Of a DNA stretch of 64,000 nucleotides, positions 38,593 through 51,500 are shown one piece after another. How positions within the stretch are numbered: position 1 is the first letter of the stretch; each line of letters opens with the position of its first letter. Below the pieces are notes generated by a model that saw only the letters and a program-made list of their open reading frames with translations, was not told where the DNA came from and made no database searches. The position numbers and the translations under genes are program-made. Source of the stretch: Sphagnum compactum (taxonomy: Eukaryota); the NCBI GenBank assembly GCA_965153455.1, contig OZ234494.1, positions 9,052,001 to 9,116,000 of the forward strand, given 5' to 3'.

Positions 38593-39838
38593 AAAACCCC
38601 ATGTAGCAATACCCACATAATGATAGTTAATGCACACTGTTTGAGAGGTGCAAAATGCAATACCTACCTTAAGCCATAAAACCCACACTGGTTGTGGGTA
38701 GTCAATGCATTATTCGCATATGGGTATGAAAAAATAAACTACAAAGAAATATTGAATATGAAATATCCATGTAAAAGTATAAAACCTTTATCTATGCTTG
38801 TATACTTAATGAAACTTGATGCCCTTTCTATATCCAACAACTAGGAAATGAAAAGAGTTTGAATTATGAAAATATAAACAAAAAAACAAAAGAAGTAACA
38901 AGAGACAAATGCATACCTTTAAGAATAAAAGATGACAACGGTCCACCAAAGTTTAAAGTCCCAATTGAAAACGCAACCCTAAAAAATCATAACTCGTACA
39001 AAAATGGGTTAAAAAATATTAAACTCTAGGAACTATGGAACATATGGAAACAAAGGAAATTCAAATTATGGTATAGATCTAAACAAGTGAAAAGATCAAA
39101 AAGCAATACAATGAGCAAAATTTAAAGTATAAACCTTAGGTTTTGAAATATATGAACCAAATTCTTATACACTAAATAATAAAGCATAACCTTAAAAATC
39201 CAAATGATATTTTGCAAAACGCCATGTAGCAATACCCACATAATGATAATTAATGCACACTGTTTGAAAGGTGCAAAATGCAATACCTGCCTTAAGCCAT
39301 AAAACCCACACTGGTTGTGGGTAGTCAATGCATTATCCGCATATGGGTATGAAAAAATAAACTACAAAGAAATATTGAATATGAAATATCCATGTAAAAG
39401 TATAAAACCTTTATCTATGCTTGTATACTTAATGAAACTTGATGCCTTTTCTATATCCAACAACTAGGAAATGAAAAGAGGTTGAATTGTGAAAATATAA
39501 GCAAAAAAACAAAAGAAGTAACAAGAGACAAATGCATACCTTTAAGAATAAAAGATGACAACGTTCCACCAAAGTTTATAGTCCCAATTGAAAACGCAAC
39601 CCTAAAAAATCATAACTCGTACAAAAATGGGTTAGAAAATATTAAACTCTAGGAACTATGGAACATATGGAAACAAAGGAAATTCAAATTATGGTATAGA
39701 TTTAAACAAGTGAAAAGATCAAAATCCAATACAATGAGCAAAATTTAGAGTATAAACCTTAAGTTCTAAAATATATGAACCAAATTCTTATACACTAAAT
39801 AATAAAGCATAACCTTAAAAATCCAAATGATATTTTGC
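38593..39838 (+). repeat. Tandem duplication of ~623 bp upstream of the transposase
   Basis: ATGTAGCAATACCCACATAATGATA at 38601 and 39224; both copies end AATGATATTTTGC (39215 / 39838). Confidence 0.9.
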
Positions 39839-41299
39839 CATAAGCCTTATTACAACCCTAATTATACAAACCCTAACAAAAAAAAGTCTTAGTGATATAT
39901 GTCCTAAACCCAAAAAACTATACAAACTATACAAATTATATAATGCAAAATACGTTAATCTTTAAAAACAATCAAATAAATTTCATACAAAACCAAAAGA
40001 GAAGATATGTCTCCAACTTAATTTTTGTGTGATCTCTCCAACTTAATTTTTTCCACTCTTTTTGAAGAAGATATAGAATGCAATTGTATTACTTCACATA
40101 TGTGTAAACCCTAAAATTTTCCCCCCAAATTTAGCCTACTTTAGATTAATTACTATACATTTGTGAAAAACTTATTAATTAATTTATGTGTCTCAACCCT
40201 AAACCTAATGGTTAAGTTAGTAGGGTATGTAATTAATAGAGTAATTAGGTTAGTAGGGTAGGTGGTTAGTACAATAGCTAAGTCAGTAGGATAACTAGTT
40301 ATTAGGGTAGCTGTGTCAGTAGGGGATAATAAATAAGGTACCAAGGTTGGTGCAATACTTATGAGGGTAGGAAAGTGAGCAGGGTAGCTATTCGGAATGA
40401 CCCCAAATGCAGGTATTGCATTTAGGGTGGGATCTTCATATAAAGAACCCTAAACCCCACATGCGTACTTTCGGAGTGACCCTAAATGCAGGTATTGCAT
40501 TTAGGGTAAGATCTTCGTATAAAGATGCTTAAACCCACATGCGTACTTTCGAAATGGCCCGAAATGCAGGTATTGCATTTAGGGTAAGGTTTTTTCAAAG
40601 TGACTTTGCGTCTGCATATTGTGTTTAGGGCTAGGTCTTCACTTAAGGGTATCCAAACCATTTAAATGGGTTTTTTTGAAACGTGGGTATTACATTTAGG
40701 TTTGTTTTTTCATTTCAACTTGAAATACCCAAACTTATACTTACCTTTACCAACTAGAATTTTGGGGTTTCGTTGCAATACCTACACCCGTACTTACTTT
40801 TACCAACTGGAATTTTGGGGCATAATTTCAATACTTGCACTTGTACTTATTTTTACCAAACCCTAACAAAAAAAAGTCTTAGTGATATATGCCCTACACA
40901 TTAGATAATCATTTATTTATTTGGAATAATCAACTTATCATTTGGCTTAATTTTATTTACTTGGATAATAAAAAGTTGGATCTAAAAATCAGATTGATTA
41001 ATTTGAGATTTGATTAATTAACTTAAGTATATTTTTATTTTAATAAGTTATTGAAATCACTATTTAAGATAATTATTCCATGTTATAGATTGTAAGTTTA
41101 GTTTTTTCATGAAAAATTCCTACACCAAGATAAGCTTGATCACAATTGTCATTGTATTATTTGATCCACAAACAATACAACCTCTTTTCAAATTCATGAA
41201 AAGAAGTAAGAATCATGGAATTCCTAATCAACAACCCTAACCTCTATACACACCTTTGTTAGCATATTAATTTGAAATTAACTAACTATTTTTGTGTGC

Positions 41300-41650
41300 C
41301 CCAAAATGCAGGTATTGCATTTAGGGTAGGATCTTCATATAAAGAAGCTTAAACCCTACATGCGTCCTTTCGGAGTGGCCCAAAATGCAGGTATTGCATT
41401 TAGGGTAGGATTTTCGTATAAAGATGCTTAAACCCCACATGCGTATTTTTTGTGTGGCCCAAAATGCAAGTATTGCATTTAGGGTAGGATCTTCATATAA
41501 AGAAGCTTAAACCCTACATGTGTCCTTTCGGAGTGGCCCAAATTGCAGGTATTGCATTTAGGGTAGGATCTTCATATAAAGAAAGCTTAAACCCTACATG
41601 CGTCCTTTCGGAGTGGCCCAAATTGCAGGTATTGCATTTAGGGTTGGGTT
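41300..41650 (+). repeat. 79-80-bp tandem repeat (5 units); sister arrays at 34860-35050, 40400-40590 and 42800-43080
   Basis: Unit CCCAAAATGCAGGTATTGCATTTAGGGTAGGATCTTCATATAAAGAAGCTTAAACCCTACATGCG...; (G/A)GTATTGCAT at 41311, 41390, 41469, 41548 and 41628. Confidence 0.9.
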
Positions 41651-44233
41651 ATTTCAAAATGATTTTGCATGTGCATATTGTGTTTAGGGCTAGGTCTTCA
41701 CTTAAAGGTATCCAAACCATTTAGATGGGTTTTTTTGAAACGTGGGTATTGCATTTAGGCTTGTTTTTTCATTTCAACTTGAAATACCCAAACTTATATT
41801 TACCTCTACCAACTGGAATTTTGGGGTTTCGTTGCAATACCTACACCCGTACTTACTTTTACCAACTGGAATTTTGGGGTATTACTTGCACTTGTATTTA
41901 CTTTTATCAACTGGGATTTTGGGGCCTAATTATAATACTTGCATTTAACACTAATATTATCATTATCCTTGTGTTTTTGCATTTCACACTTTTTGTGTTT
42001 ATTACTTGGAAACAATAATAAGCTTTGTGCCATATTAGACTTCATGTGTGTGTTGAATACATGATGTTCAAAGAATTTGGGCTATGGTTTCCTCCATACA
42101 AAATTGATTCTAAAACAAAAAATTTAGTGCCAATGGCAACAATCTTGATTAGTAATTGAGACATTTATTAAAGTAAAATATCAGTTTTGAAATATATGAA
42201 CCAAATTCCTATACATTAAATCATAAAGCATAACCTTACAAATCCAAATGATATTTTGACATAAGGCTTATTACAACCCTAATTATACAAACCCTAACAA
42301 AAAGAAAATTTAGTGATATATGCCCTAAACCCAAAAAACTATACAAACTATACAAATCATATAATGCAAAATAAACAAATTTAAAAGAATATAGGAAAAA
42401 AATTAGAAACCAAAATTCAAAGGTTTTAAATTATAAATATTTATTAACTGAAAGAAAATACGTTAATCTTTAAAAATAATCAAATAAATTTCGTACAAAA
42501 CCAAAAAAGAAGATATGTCTTTTACATTTGTGTGATTTTTCCAACCTAATTTTTCCACTCTTTTTGAAGAAGGTATAAAATGCAATTGTATTACTTCACA
42601 TGTGTGTAAACCCTAAAAATTTCCCCCCAAATTTAGCTTACTTTAAATTAATTACTATACATTTATGGAAAACTTATCAATTAATTTATGTGTCTCAACC
42701 CTAAACCTAATGGTTAAGTTAGTAGGGTATGTAATTAATAGAGTAGCTAGGTTAGTAGGGTAGGTGGTTAGTACAGTAGCTTGGTTAGTGGTGTGACCCA
42801 AAATGTAAGTATTGCATTTAGGGTATGATCTTTGTATAAAGAAATGCTTAAACCACACATGCGTACTTTCGAAATGGCCCAAAATGCAGGTATTGCATTT
42901 AGGGTAGGATATTTGTATAAAGAAAGCTTGAACCCCACATGCGTACTTTCGAAATGGCCCAAAATGCAGGTATTGCATTTAGGGTAGGATCTTTATATAA
43001 AGAAAGCTTGAACCCCACATGCGTACTTTCGAAATGGCCCAAAATGCAGGTATTGCATTTAGGGTAGGGTTTTTAGGGTAGGGTATGTAATTAATAGGGT
43101 AGTTAGGTTAGTAGGGTAGGTGGTGAGTACAGTAGCTAGGTAGAAAAGTGAACAGGGTAGAAAAGTGAGGAAGGTAGCTATGTGTGAGGTCAGGTCCAGG
43201 GAAAAACGAGCAAGAACCAAAAAAAAAAAGTACAATGGTCAGCAGCAAAAAGAAATGGACTGTCATGAACCCCATCCGGCGCCGAATGAAAAAACGCAAC
43301 CCATCCAGTGGACAGAACGGCCAACTGGTGCATTGGTGGCTGTTAATTCACTCTGGCCAGGAAAGAGGGGACGAAACTCCGTTTACCACCAATATTGGTG
43401 GAGAAACTAGTTTGGTCCCAGTTATTTCGTTTTTGTAAAATTTCATTCCCAATTATGCATTTGATGCCCTATTATGCCGAAACTGACCGTTCTCGCTCCC
43501 TTAATCTGACTTTACAGATAACTTTAATGAGCCACTTGTTATAAGATCTCACATCTGATAGGTTTTTTGAATACCCAATGATGCTGGTCAATAATTAATC
43601 AATCAATTAGAAACAACTACTTGTAGGTCTTTATCACGTTTTAAACATAATTAATGCCCAATTAAGCAAACAGGTGGATTGATTGATCACTCTTCCATGA
43701 CTGCTCTGCAGATAACCGTTTAGAGCAGTTACATCTTTTATCTGGATAGGTATACCTGATGGGTTAAAACTTTAAAAAACTGGTTAATTATGTATCAGAT
43801 CCCATATGGGGATGATGCACCCCCTCAAATTAGCATGTGCCAATGAATGCTTACCGGGCAGAATTGGTCGTTCATGGCCCAATTAATTGACATTAAGGTC
43901 TGGGTTCGCAGACTATGTCATTTTCTTGATCACATTATCTGATATAGTGTTCGAGTGAGGATCTAGGCTCAGCCCCAGACATAAATGTCTCGAGTTGGCC
44001 TTGCCTTGCCCATTATATCGGATATGTCACCTAGTTTGCATTATCCGACTTGCTAATTTCTTTACCCAACATAACAAGCAGTGTTTAACCAGGGTTTAAC
44101 CATTCTATAGAATGTTAAAAGCAAAGGGAATGCTCAGCCAGAATAAGCACCACATTCCAATCAAGATAATAGTCCTTCCCTTGCTTTCAAGGGTCACTGA
44201 CCTTGTGCCAAATGGTGAGAGTATGGAGCAATG

Positions 44234-44700
44234 AGCTAGAGTGAACCAGCACTCATCAACACACCACCCATTGGATACCTATTATGTGTACAGTAAAGTC
44301 CTGGGAGCAGGGCGTTAGCCTTTGTAATGAACAAGGCGCCAGCCCTCCAGTTGTATAGAGGGAAATTATGTTTGTCCGTACAATGGAAGGGCCCACAAGC
44401 CATTTCAGGAGTGAAATGTTTTGCCCCCAAGGCTATTATGACTCAGTTATGGGTGAACCTTACCTGAGTTAATATGTAGTTTCACCTTGGTAATCAGTTC
44501 TGGAAAAAGTTGGTCCTGCTTATAGGTAGATAGGTAGGTAAATAGTTTACTACTAAGTAAGAAGTAAATAAGTAGCTTCCTAACACTGAGAGGGACTAGC
44601 TCTCTGCCCTTTTTTAGGTTCTTGTGAGCTGTGCGTCTATTGGCCTTTCTTCGACCTTCCCTTTTTGTCTCCCCTGTGATGGTTCTGGCCATCATTCTTT
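44234..44700 (+). mobile_element. Left part of another copy of the 25577-25915 MULE-MITE family, with a ~150-bp insertion
   Basis: Terminus AGCTAGAGTGAACCAGCACTCATCAACACACC; 44432-44500 matches 25625-25695 (ACTCAGTT..GAACC..CTGAGTTAATAT..TTTCACCTT). Right end not found. Confidence 0.55.
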
Positions 44701-47700
44701 TATTGGATTTTTGTGAGTATTGTGATAGTTTACAGAGGTAAGGACTGTTTTACTACCTGCCTACTGTGAGGGATTATTATTGAATATAGGATGCCCTTCA
44801 AATACACTTGGGAAATTTCTGGGAGTGCTTTATGAATATAGTAAGCACTAGCCGTTCTTTTTTTAAAACAAAATAGTTGAAACCCAACCAGCACTTGCCT
44901 AATAATAATGGGCTGGAGCACTTCTTCTGTAAATAAATTAACAGAGCATTTAGGGATGAATGTTGATCCTGTTTTCATTCCCTTGGGGGAAGGTTTTTGA
45001 AAGGTTCTTAATGAAAATGGACCTTCCCCCCATTGGGATACAATTGCAAGGAACTTTATTGCCATTTGCTTGGAATGTAAAGTACTCCAGACAGTTCCTA
45101 GTGTATTTGGAGATTGGCTTATACATGTGAAAATCCCTCTATGAAAAGAGGACAGATGTTACATCTACTTAGGGCATAAGGTCCCCTCTGCTCCTGAATA
45201 GTAGGCGTAAGATCCCTTCCACTCTTACTACATTATGATCTATGCATATTTAGGTGTAGGGTGAAACCCTTGGCAGCAGGCTCTACTAGAATAAGTGCTC
45301 ATGTGAGGACTTAAAACCTTTAAAACCCATGCCCCCAGGGTTTTACCAAGCATAAAGGCTTGCTTTGACTTTTGTCTTTCTTTTCCACATGATACCCAGA
45401 AAAACAAAAAAATTGAGGGGGCATTTTTTAAAAAGAGGAATGCCTACCAGACCAAATAGCAAAGGAAAAATATATACTGAGTAACATGCCCTCCACTTAC
45501 ACTACAGAAAATCAGAGCAAATCTTTACACTCTGATAAGGTTTTGCCTTGTACTTTAAGTTTGGGTAAGGCTCAAGGTGGGGGGATATTCCCAAAATGTA
45601 GGGCTTAGGGCTGGACTACCACTTGTCCAGGGCCCCTTATTTTGGACAGTTGAACTTTACCCTACTCTTAATGGGGTGCATGCAGTCAATCAAATCCTCA
45701 TTCACCTAAACCCTTATACCCCCAAATGATAACCTCAAGTCATAAATGATTTCATAATTATCCCATATGGAAAATATTGTTCAAGACACTCAAATTTAAA
45801 TATTTAAGAGGTCATGGATGTTGGTGTCAGGTGCCCAACCATTTGTCACATTGGTCATGTCTTGCCTAATGTCGTCACCCATATCCAAGATATAAGTAAA
45901 ATAAATCTAAGATATCTGGAAAATACATATAGTGAATTTTGTATTTGTAAGTGAAATATGGCATGTCATCTTGTGTTACCTAACTTGTTTAGAGGATATA
46001 AGTGTTATGTATGAAGGCATAATGTTGCAATGTTATAAAATCAAGTTTGTGAAAGATAGGGAATAGTAACGTCTAAACTTTTGTTTTATTGGATTGTGCA
46101 TTGGCTACTAGGTTTCTGTATATCAATCAATGAACAACTAGCATGTACGAGTTGCAAAATGTAGTACCATGTGTGCAAAATGTGATCCAAATTTGCATGA
46201 AACCATACATGTTTGTCTTTCAAAGCTATCATTTAAATGCATTGTAGATGTGTCACCTTTTCAAAATTATTAATGCATGCAATTCAACCTTTCACTACAA
46301 ATCAATACAATGATATGATAAATATCATATGCTAGGTATATATATAAGAACAGTGTGCATTTGAAATTACAAATGTCATCATATATCCTATTTCCCTTTC
46401 ATGGAAGATCAAAATGTGCAACTACCAACACTTAAAATTAAAGCCCTATTACCAAATGCACTTGAAAAATTATATTTTCCAATGAATGATAGTCTAACAT
46501 GCTTAGAAGAAATATACATAAGATGTAGACTAGATCATGTGAGAAGTGCTCACAAACTTCTTCATGTGTCCATATTGGCTAAAGCATGGGACACCAAAAA
46601 GCAAGACCACAAGTACATAATACATGTGCTTGCAAGGCACATATATACTTGCCCCTCTTGCCAATGTTATGAGCAAGCACGATGCTAAATTAATGGCAAT
46701 TACATAAAAGGTAACAACCCACCACCACAACGTACTCTAGATGTGCATTCACATTATTAATTTTTTCCAACAAATATTAGCATCCAATGAAATGGACAAG
46801 GAAATGTATAACACCTTTGGATGCAAGTTGACATGTGTTGAACAACTTCCACCTTGTAATAGGTCAACAAATGTTGGGCGATGATCACAAATTTTCCATC
46901 TTGCATGGTTGGATATCCCTCTAGACCAAAATGGGGTCCCTATGTAATAGAGGAGGCAGTAGCAAAAAAGGAGCCTTTTATAAAACATAGGATTCCAAAT
47001 GCAATGTTGTTAAATGTCTTGCATAATTCTTGCAAGGTGGAACCCAACATCTTCAAGGAAATCAATTTCAACTTGTATCAACATAATGCCCAATTGTACA
47101 GGTCACAAGAAAGGGTTTATCTTTCATTAATGAACGAATAATTCCACCCACACAAATTTTGATGTCATTTAAGCAAAACCAAATGCTTTATGGTGGGTGT
47201 CATTTACATTGTGTGGTTAAACCACCTTTTGTAACAAGGAGATGCAATCCCAATAGGTTGGCCAACCCTACACAACAGTTAGGTGCATTTGTTATAATTG
47301 TAAACTTATAGGGCATGCAATGAACTTTTTTTATTTTGTATTTGTTCTAATAATGTGTCACATAGCCTTAAAGCATTCAATTTTTAATACGTTAGTGGAT
47401 GGAAGATGAGGTGCAATGGAATGGCTTAGATTGCACCTAACATTCTTGAAAACTTTGGAACATTGAAATTCACCATGTATGCGGTGGGATTTGCTTATAA
47501 ACCCAATATGGTCATACAACTTCCTCTTAAAGCTTCCAAGTCTTTCCTTTCCTTCCAAGTGAGGGACAAAAGAATGGAATGGATAAACATGTTTTGTAAT
47601 TGGTGTGTTAGATCAAAGTAAAAGGATCTTCCTTTTGGCACATGACATGAATTAAACTTGCTCCAATTGGTCAAGTCCACCTCTTGTTTGGCCATGTTTT

Positions 47701-48559
47701 AGGAAACACCAAGAATAGATCTATTGTATGATGGCCCTACCAAGGTCATATTTAGTGGCTTCAAAAAAACCATTTCCTTTTTTGCTTGATTGATGTTACC
47801 ATTGGTTATGGACTATCTTAAACAAGTTGTAGGTTGGCATTTGATATTGTTGATCCAATGTCATGTCCTACATATCAAAGACAATAATAAAATCCCAATT
47901 TCACATTTTCAATCAATTGACAATAGACGTCATTCTTACAATGCTCAATAATTATTCAAAAAAAAGACTAAACCATAACAAAGCTAATGCGAATTACATG
48001 AGTTCGAGGGCCATAAATGAATGAATATATTTAAATATTTTTGAGCACAAACAAGGGTTGTGACCAAAAGGGAAATTTGTTACCAAATGCTTCATAACAT
48101 AAATTCATATTTGAAATAATAATGAAAGTAAAACTAGAAAAATGACCCAAAACTAAACCTCACCAAAACCTAAACACAAGCCAAACATGACAAAAAATTT
48201 AATAGGGGTCCCATTGAAAATCAATGTTATGAACAACCCCATTAATACAATAGCAAAAAAATCATGAAATGGCAAAAAATTAACAACAACATATAGCCCA
48301 AAGACAAACATAGAACATGTAGAAGATCATTTTGGATTATAACATCACCTCCAAGTGGACAATCCAAAAATGGTTTGAAACTATATTACAAAATAAGAAT
48401 GTGATGAATAATTCTTATATAGGTGATGTAGTTATACCATTGGTGGTTGGGAAGTGCCAATATGCCAACCATTCAAGAAGAGAGTTGATGATTTTAGTGT
48501 CAATGTTACCCAAATTTGGTAATAAATGATTTAATAGGTTAAGCATGTTATTAAACGTA

Positions 48560-51500
48560 ACATGTTGTCGTTTTAGGAACATGTTGCTGAAAAAATCCAA
48601 AGGTGAATTAACCTTAATGGGAATAAAAAAACCCTGTTAACATTTGGTGACCATGCAATGGATCAAAATTTCAGAAGCAATCACATTTAAAATTTTTGGT
48701 TAGATTTAATAGTTTAGTAGATCAAGTTTGAAAATCAATCATGCTTCAAAATTTGATTTGTCACATGTTTGCTTATTTTGTGTAAATTTTAGGGTTCAAG
48801 TTTCTGATCTTGATTTAGTCTAAAAACCTTAGGGATAGGGTGAGGTTAGTGTAAAGTCTTTAAAGATAAATAGGCGCTCAATCTGTAACAAAAATTTATA
48901 CAAACTTCTGACTGCTAGGAAGGGTCATTCTGAAAAAAAATCTATTGTTCAAAAATAATGCAAGGGTTTTCCTAGAACTTGTTGATTTCAAAAAATGTCA
49001 AGAGTAATTACTAGAAGTCTTAGGAAATAATTAAAATGGGCCAGACATTACCTATTTGTTTGGAAAGACACTTATTGATGTCTACCTTTTAGGAGTCTCT
49101 AACCCTAAAGGTTATGTCCATTCACAGTCATAGAGTCATTTTTGCATGAAGCAATATAAAAAACTGTCGTGTCTTCATTATGTCTCTTCATTTTCATTTT
49201 CTTCTTCATATTAACAAGGGCCATGAGTGAGAATGCTTTAAAGAGGCTAAGGCAAGAAGTAAAAGAAAAAGACGTTAAAAGAAAAGTTGAAGCTTTTAGG
49301 AAGGAACAAATTGAGAAAAAGAAAGCGGAACAGGTTTGATTAATTGGAGCGATTTATGTAGAATCGCTTGCTTCATGCGCACCTACAACAACAAAAATTA
49401 GAATTTTTGAGCAAGAACATAGAAGTAAGGAATTAGAAGAGGAACTAGAAGCAATATTGAACTTTTTAAAGAAAACCACTACTTTTACAACAAAACTAGT
49501 ACCACAAGTTATTGTTATTTTAGATTTAGAGGAAGAAGTGGAGGTTGGACTTCAACCTGCTGTCTAGGAACAGCCACAACCAGTTCCTAAATCAAGACCT
49601 GTGCAAGAGAAAGAGTTGCAATAACCTATGAATAGTGGGAAATATTTCTCCAATAACTCTTTGAAGAGGGACCTATTTCCACAACATTATTCCTTAACGC
49701 CCAAGATCAGGAACAAGAACTATGATGAAGCGAAAAGGCAAAGTGCTTGTAGAAGAACATGTTGAGAAACCTATTAAGAAGAAACCAATGTCCAAGACAA
49801 AGAGAGAACCAGAAGATGTTGCAAGGGATGAAGATGGATTCCAACAAACTCAAATGGGCTAAACAAGCTGGTTTGGAGAGGCTTTTCAACCTGCAGTGGA
49901 CAACACCAAAAGAAGACATGTTACGAAACTTCATTTCGAACCTGGAAACAACGGAAGATGGAAGAATTTTAAGGCGAGTACATGGTCAAGAAATTCTCAT
50001 TGATTAGGTATTAATTCATGAACAACTTGGAATTTCCAAGGAAAGAACATTAGATGCTGTTAATGCAACTTTTGAGGAAGCCAAAATCGCCTTAAAAAGA
50101 ATTGTAGGACCACATGCTTTTGTTGAGAATGAGCAGTGGAGTGTAGTGCACATGAAAGAGGAATTTCATGCAAGATTTGCAACTATTTTGCAAATTTTAT
50201 ATTAAAGGGAGAGGTTAGTTTATTTTAACAATCAGATTGCCATTACTTTTGACCTAGCCAATAAGGGGCAACCTATTAACTGGTGTTCTATAGTGCTAAC
50301 CCAGTTATTGGTTGAACTTATTCATTGGACTAAACGTAAAAAAAAGGCAGCAGCTAACTTGGTTTCTAGCAAAACTAAAACAGATAATTGTTATTCAGGG
50401 CTAATTTTAGACATTCTGTTTAAGAAGTGGTTCCCTTTATTTGAGATGCCTTCACCAAGAACAACAACTCTAGAGGAACATGTATCAGCAACCAGCAAAA
50501 AGCGCTAGGTTGCACAACAATGACAAATTTCACCTGAACTTGTTACCACGGAGCAATTTTTGAAAAAGAAAAAACCAGCATGTTCGACTACAACATCAAT
50601 TTTACCCACACGTCAGTCCCATCGACTAAAACTGCATACAAAATCGCCTACACCAAGGGATAGGTTAAGCATTGAACCTGTTACCTCACCACCAAGAAAG
50701 AAGTCCAGGACTACTTTTGGATCACCGGTTAATGATTCAGAAGAGGATGAAAAGCGAACCTATTCAGATGAGATTAAAGGTAGGGGAGGAAAAAAGCTTG
50801 ATGCAACAGCCACGTAAGGCAACATCGAGGAAAAACTTGAACCCAACCTGGATCAAGTAGTTGACAACATTCAAATTGAACCTCTTGTATCTGCTGAACC
50901 TATAGTTTCAATTATAGAACTTGCAGTTGCAATTACAAAATCGTTCTAACCTATTCAACTTGTAGTGAACCTGTACAAATAGAAAACCCACAATTTTTTA
51001 GATTTTAACCTATCCCAGTTTCTGGTCATTCCATAGAAACTTTGAGACATATTAACATGTTTTTAGAGCAAGTTGCTCAAAATGCCACAACTTGGTTAGG
51101 AACATTGCAAGAATTGTTAAACCTTATAGTTGAGTTTGAACAAGTAAAGGAAAATATGTCTGAAACCCATAACCAGCTACAAACCTGTAGCTTAGAGCTA
51201 GAAACTGTGCAATTTTTTTTGAAAAATTGTGACAAATAACTGGTCAAAATCAAAGGACAATTGAATAGGGTCCAACATGAAAATTAAAACATGTCCAATA
51301 AGTTGAATGAGGCAGAACAGGCTGCTGGGAAAACTGAGAACTTGCAGCAAGAGTATGTTGAACTCAACCAGCTTAATTAGAAGACCCATAATGATTTGAC
51401 TTGTCTCCAAGTTGATTTGGAGCGAATGACAAGAGATTACGCCAAAATGGAGGAGTTCAGTTTGGAATAACAGGGTATTATAACCAATTTGGAGCATACC

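Larger units (their letters stand above)
28313..43358. mobile_element. Full-length Mutator-like element (15,046 bp) with transposase and convergent accessory gene
   Basis: 37-bp TIRs at 28313-28349 (GGCTGGAGTGAATTAACAGCCACCAATGCACCAGTTG) and 43322-43358, 35/37 identical; perfect 9-bp TSD AGGAAAGAG (28304-28312 / 43359-43367); internal MULE DDE + SWIM transposase. Confidence 0.93.

Noticed and set aside
28315-43356. Alternative boundary with AGT..ACT termini and a 4-bp CTGG TSD (which would be a non-MULE superfamily)
   Set aside because: Extending the TIR to GGC..GCC gives a perfect 9-bp TSD, matches the empty site at 9010-9190, and the sister MITE at 25577 also has a 9-bp TSD.
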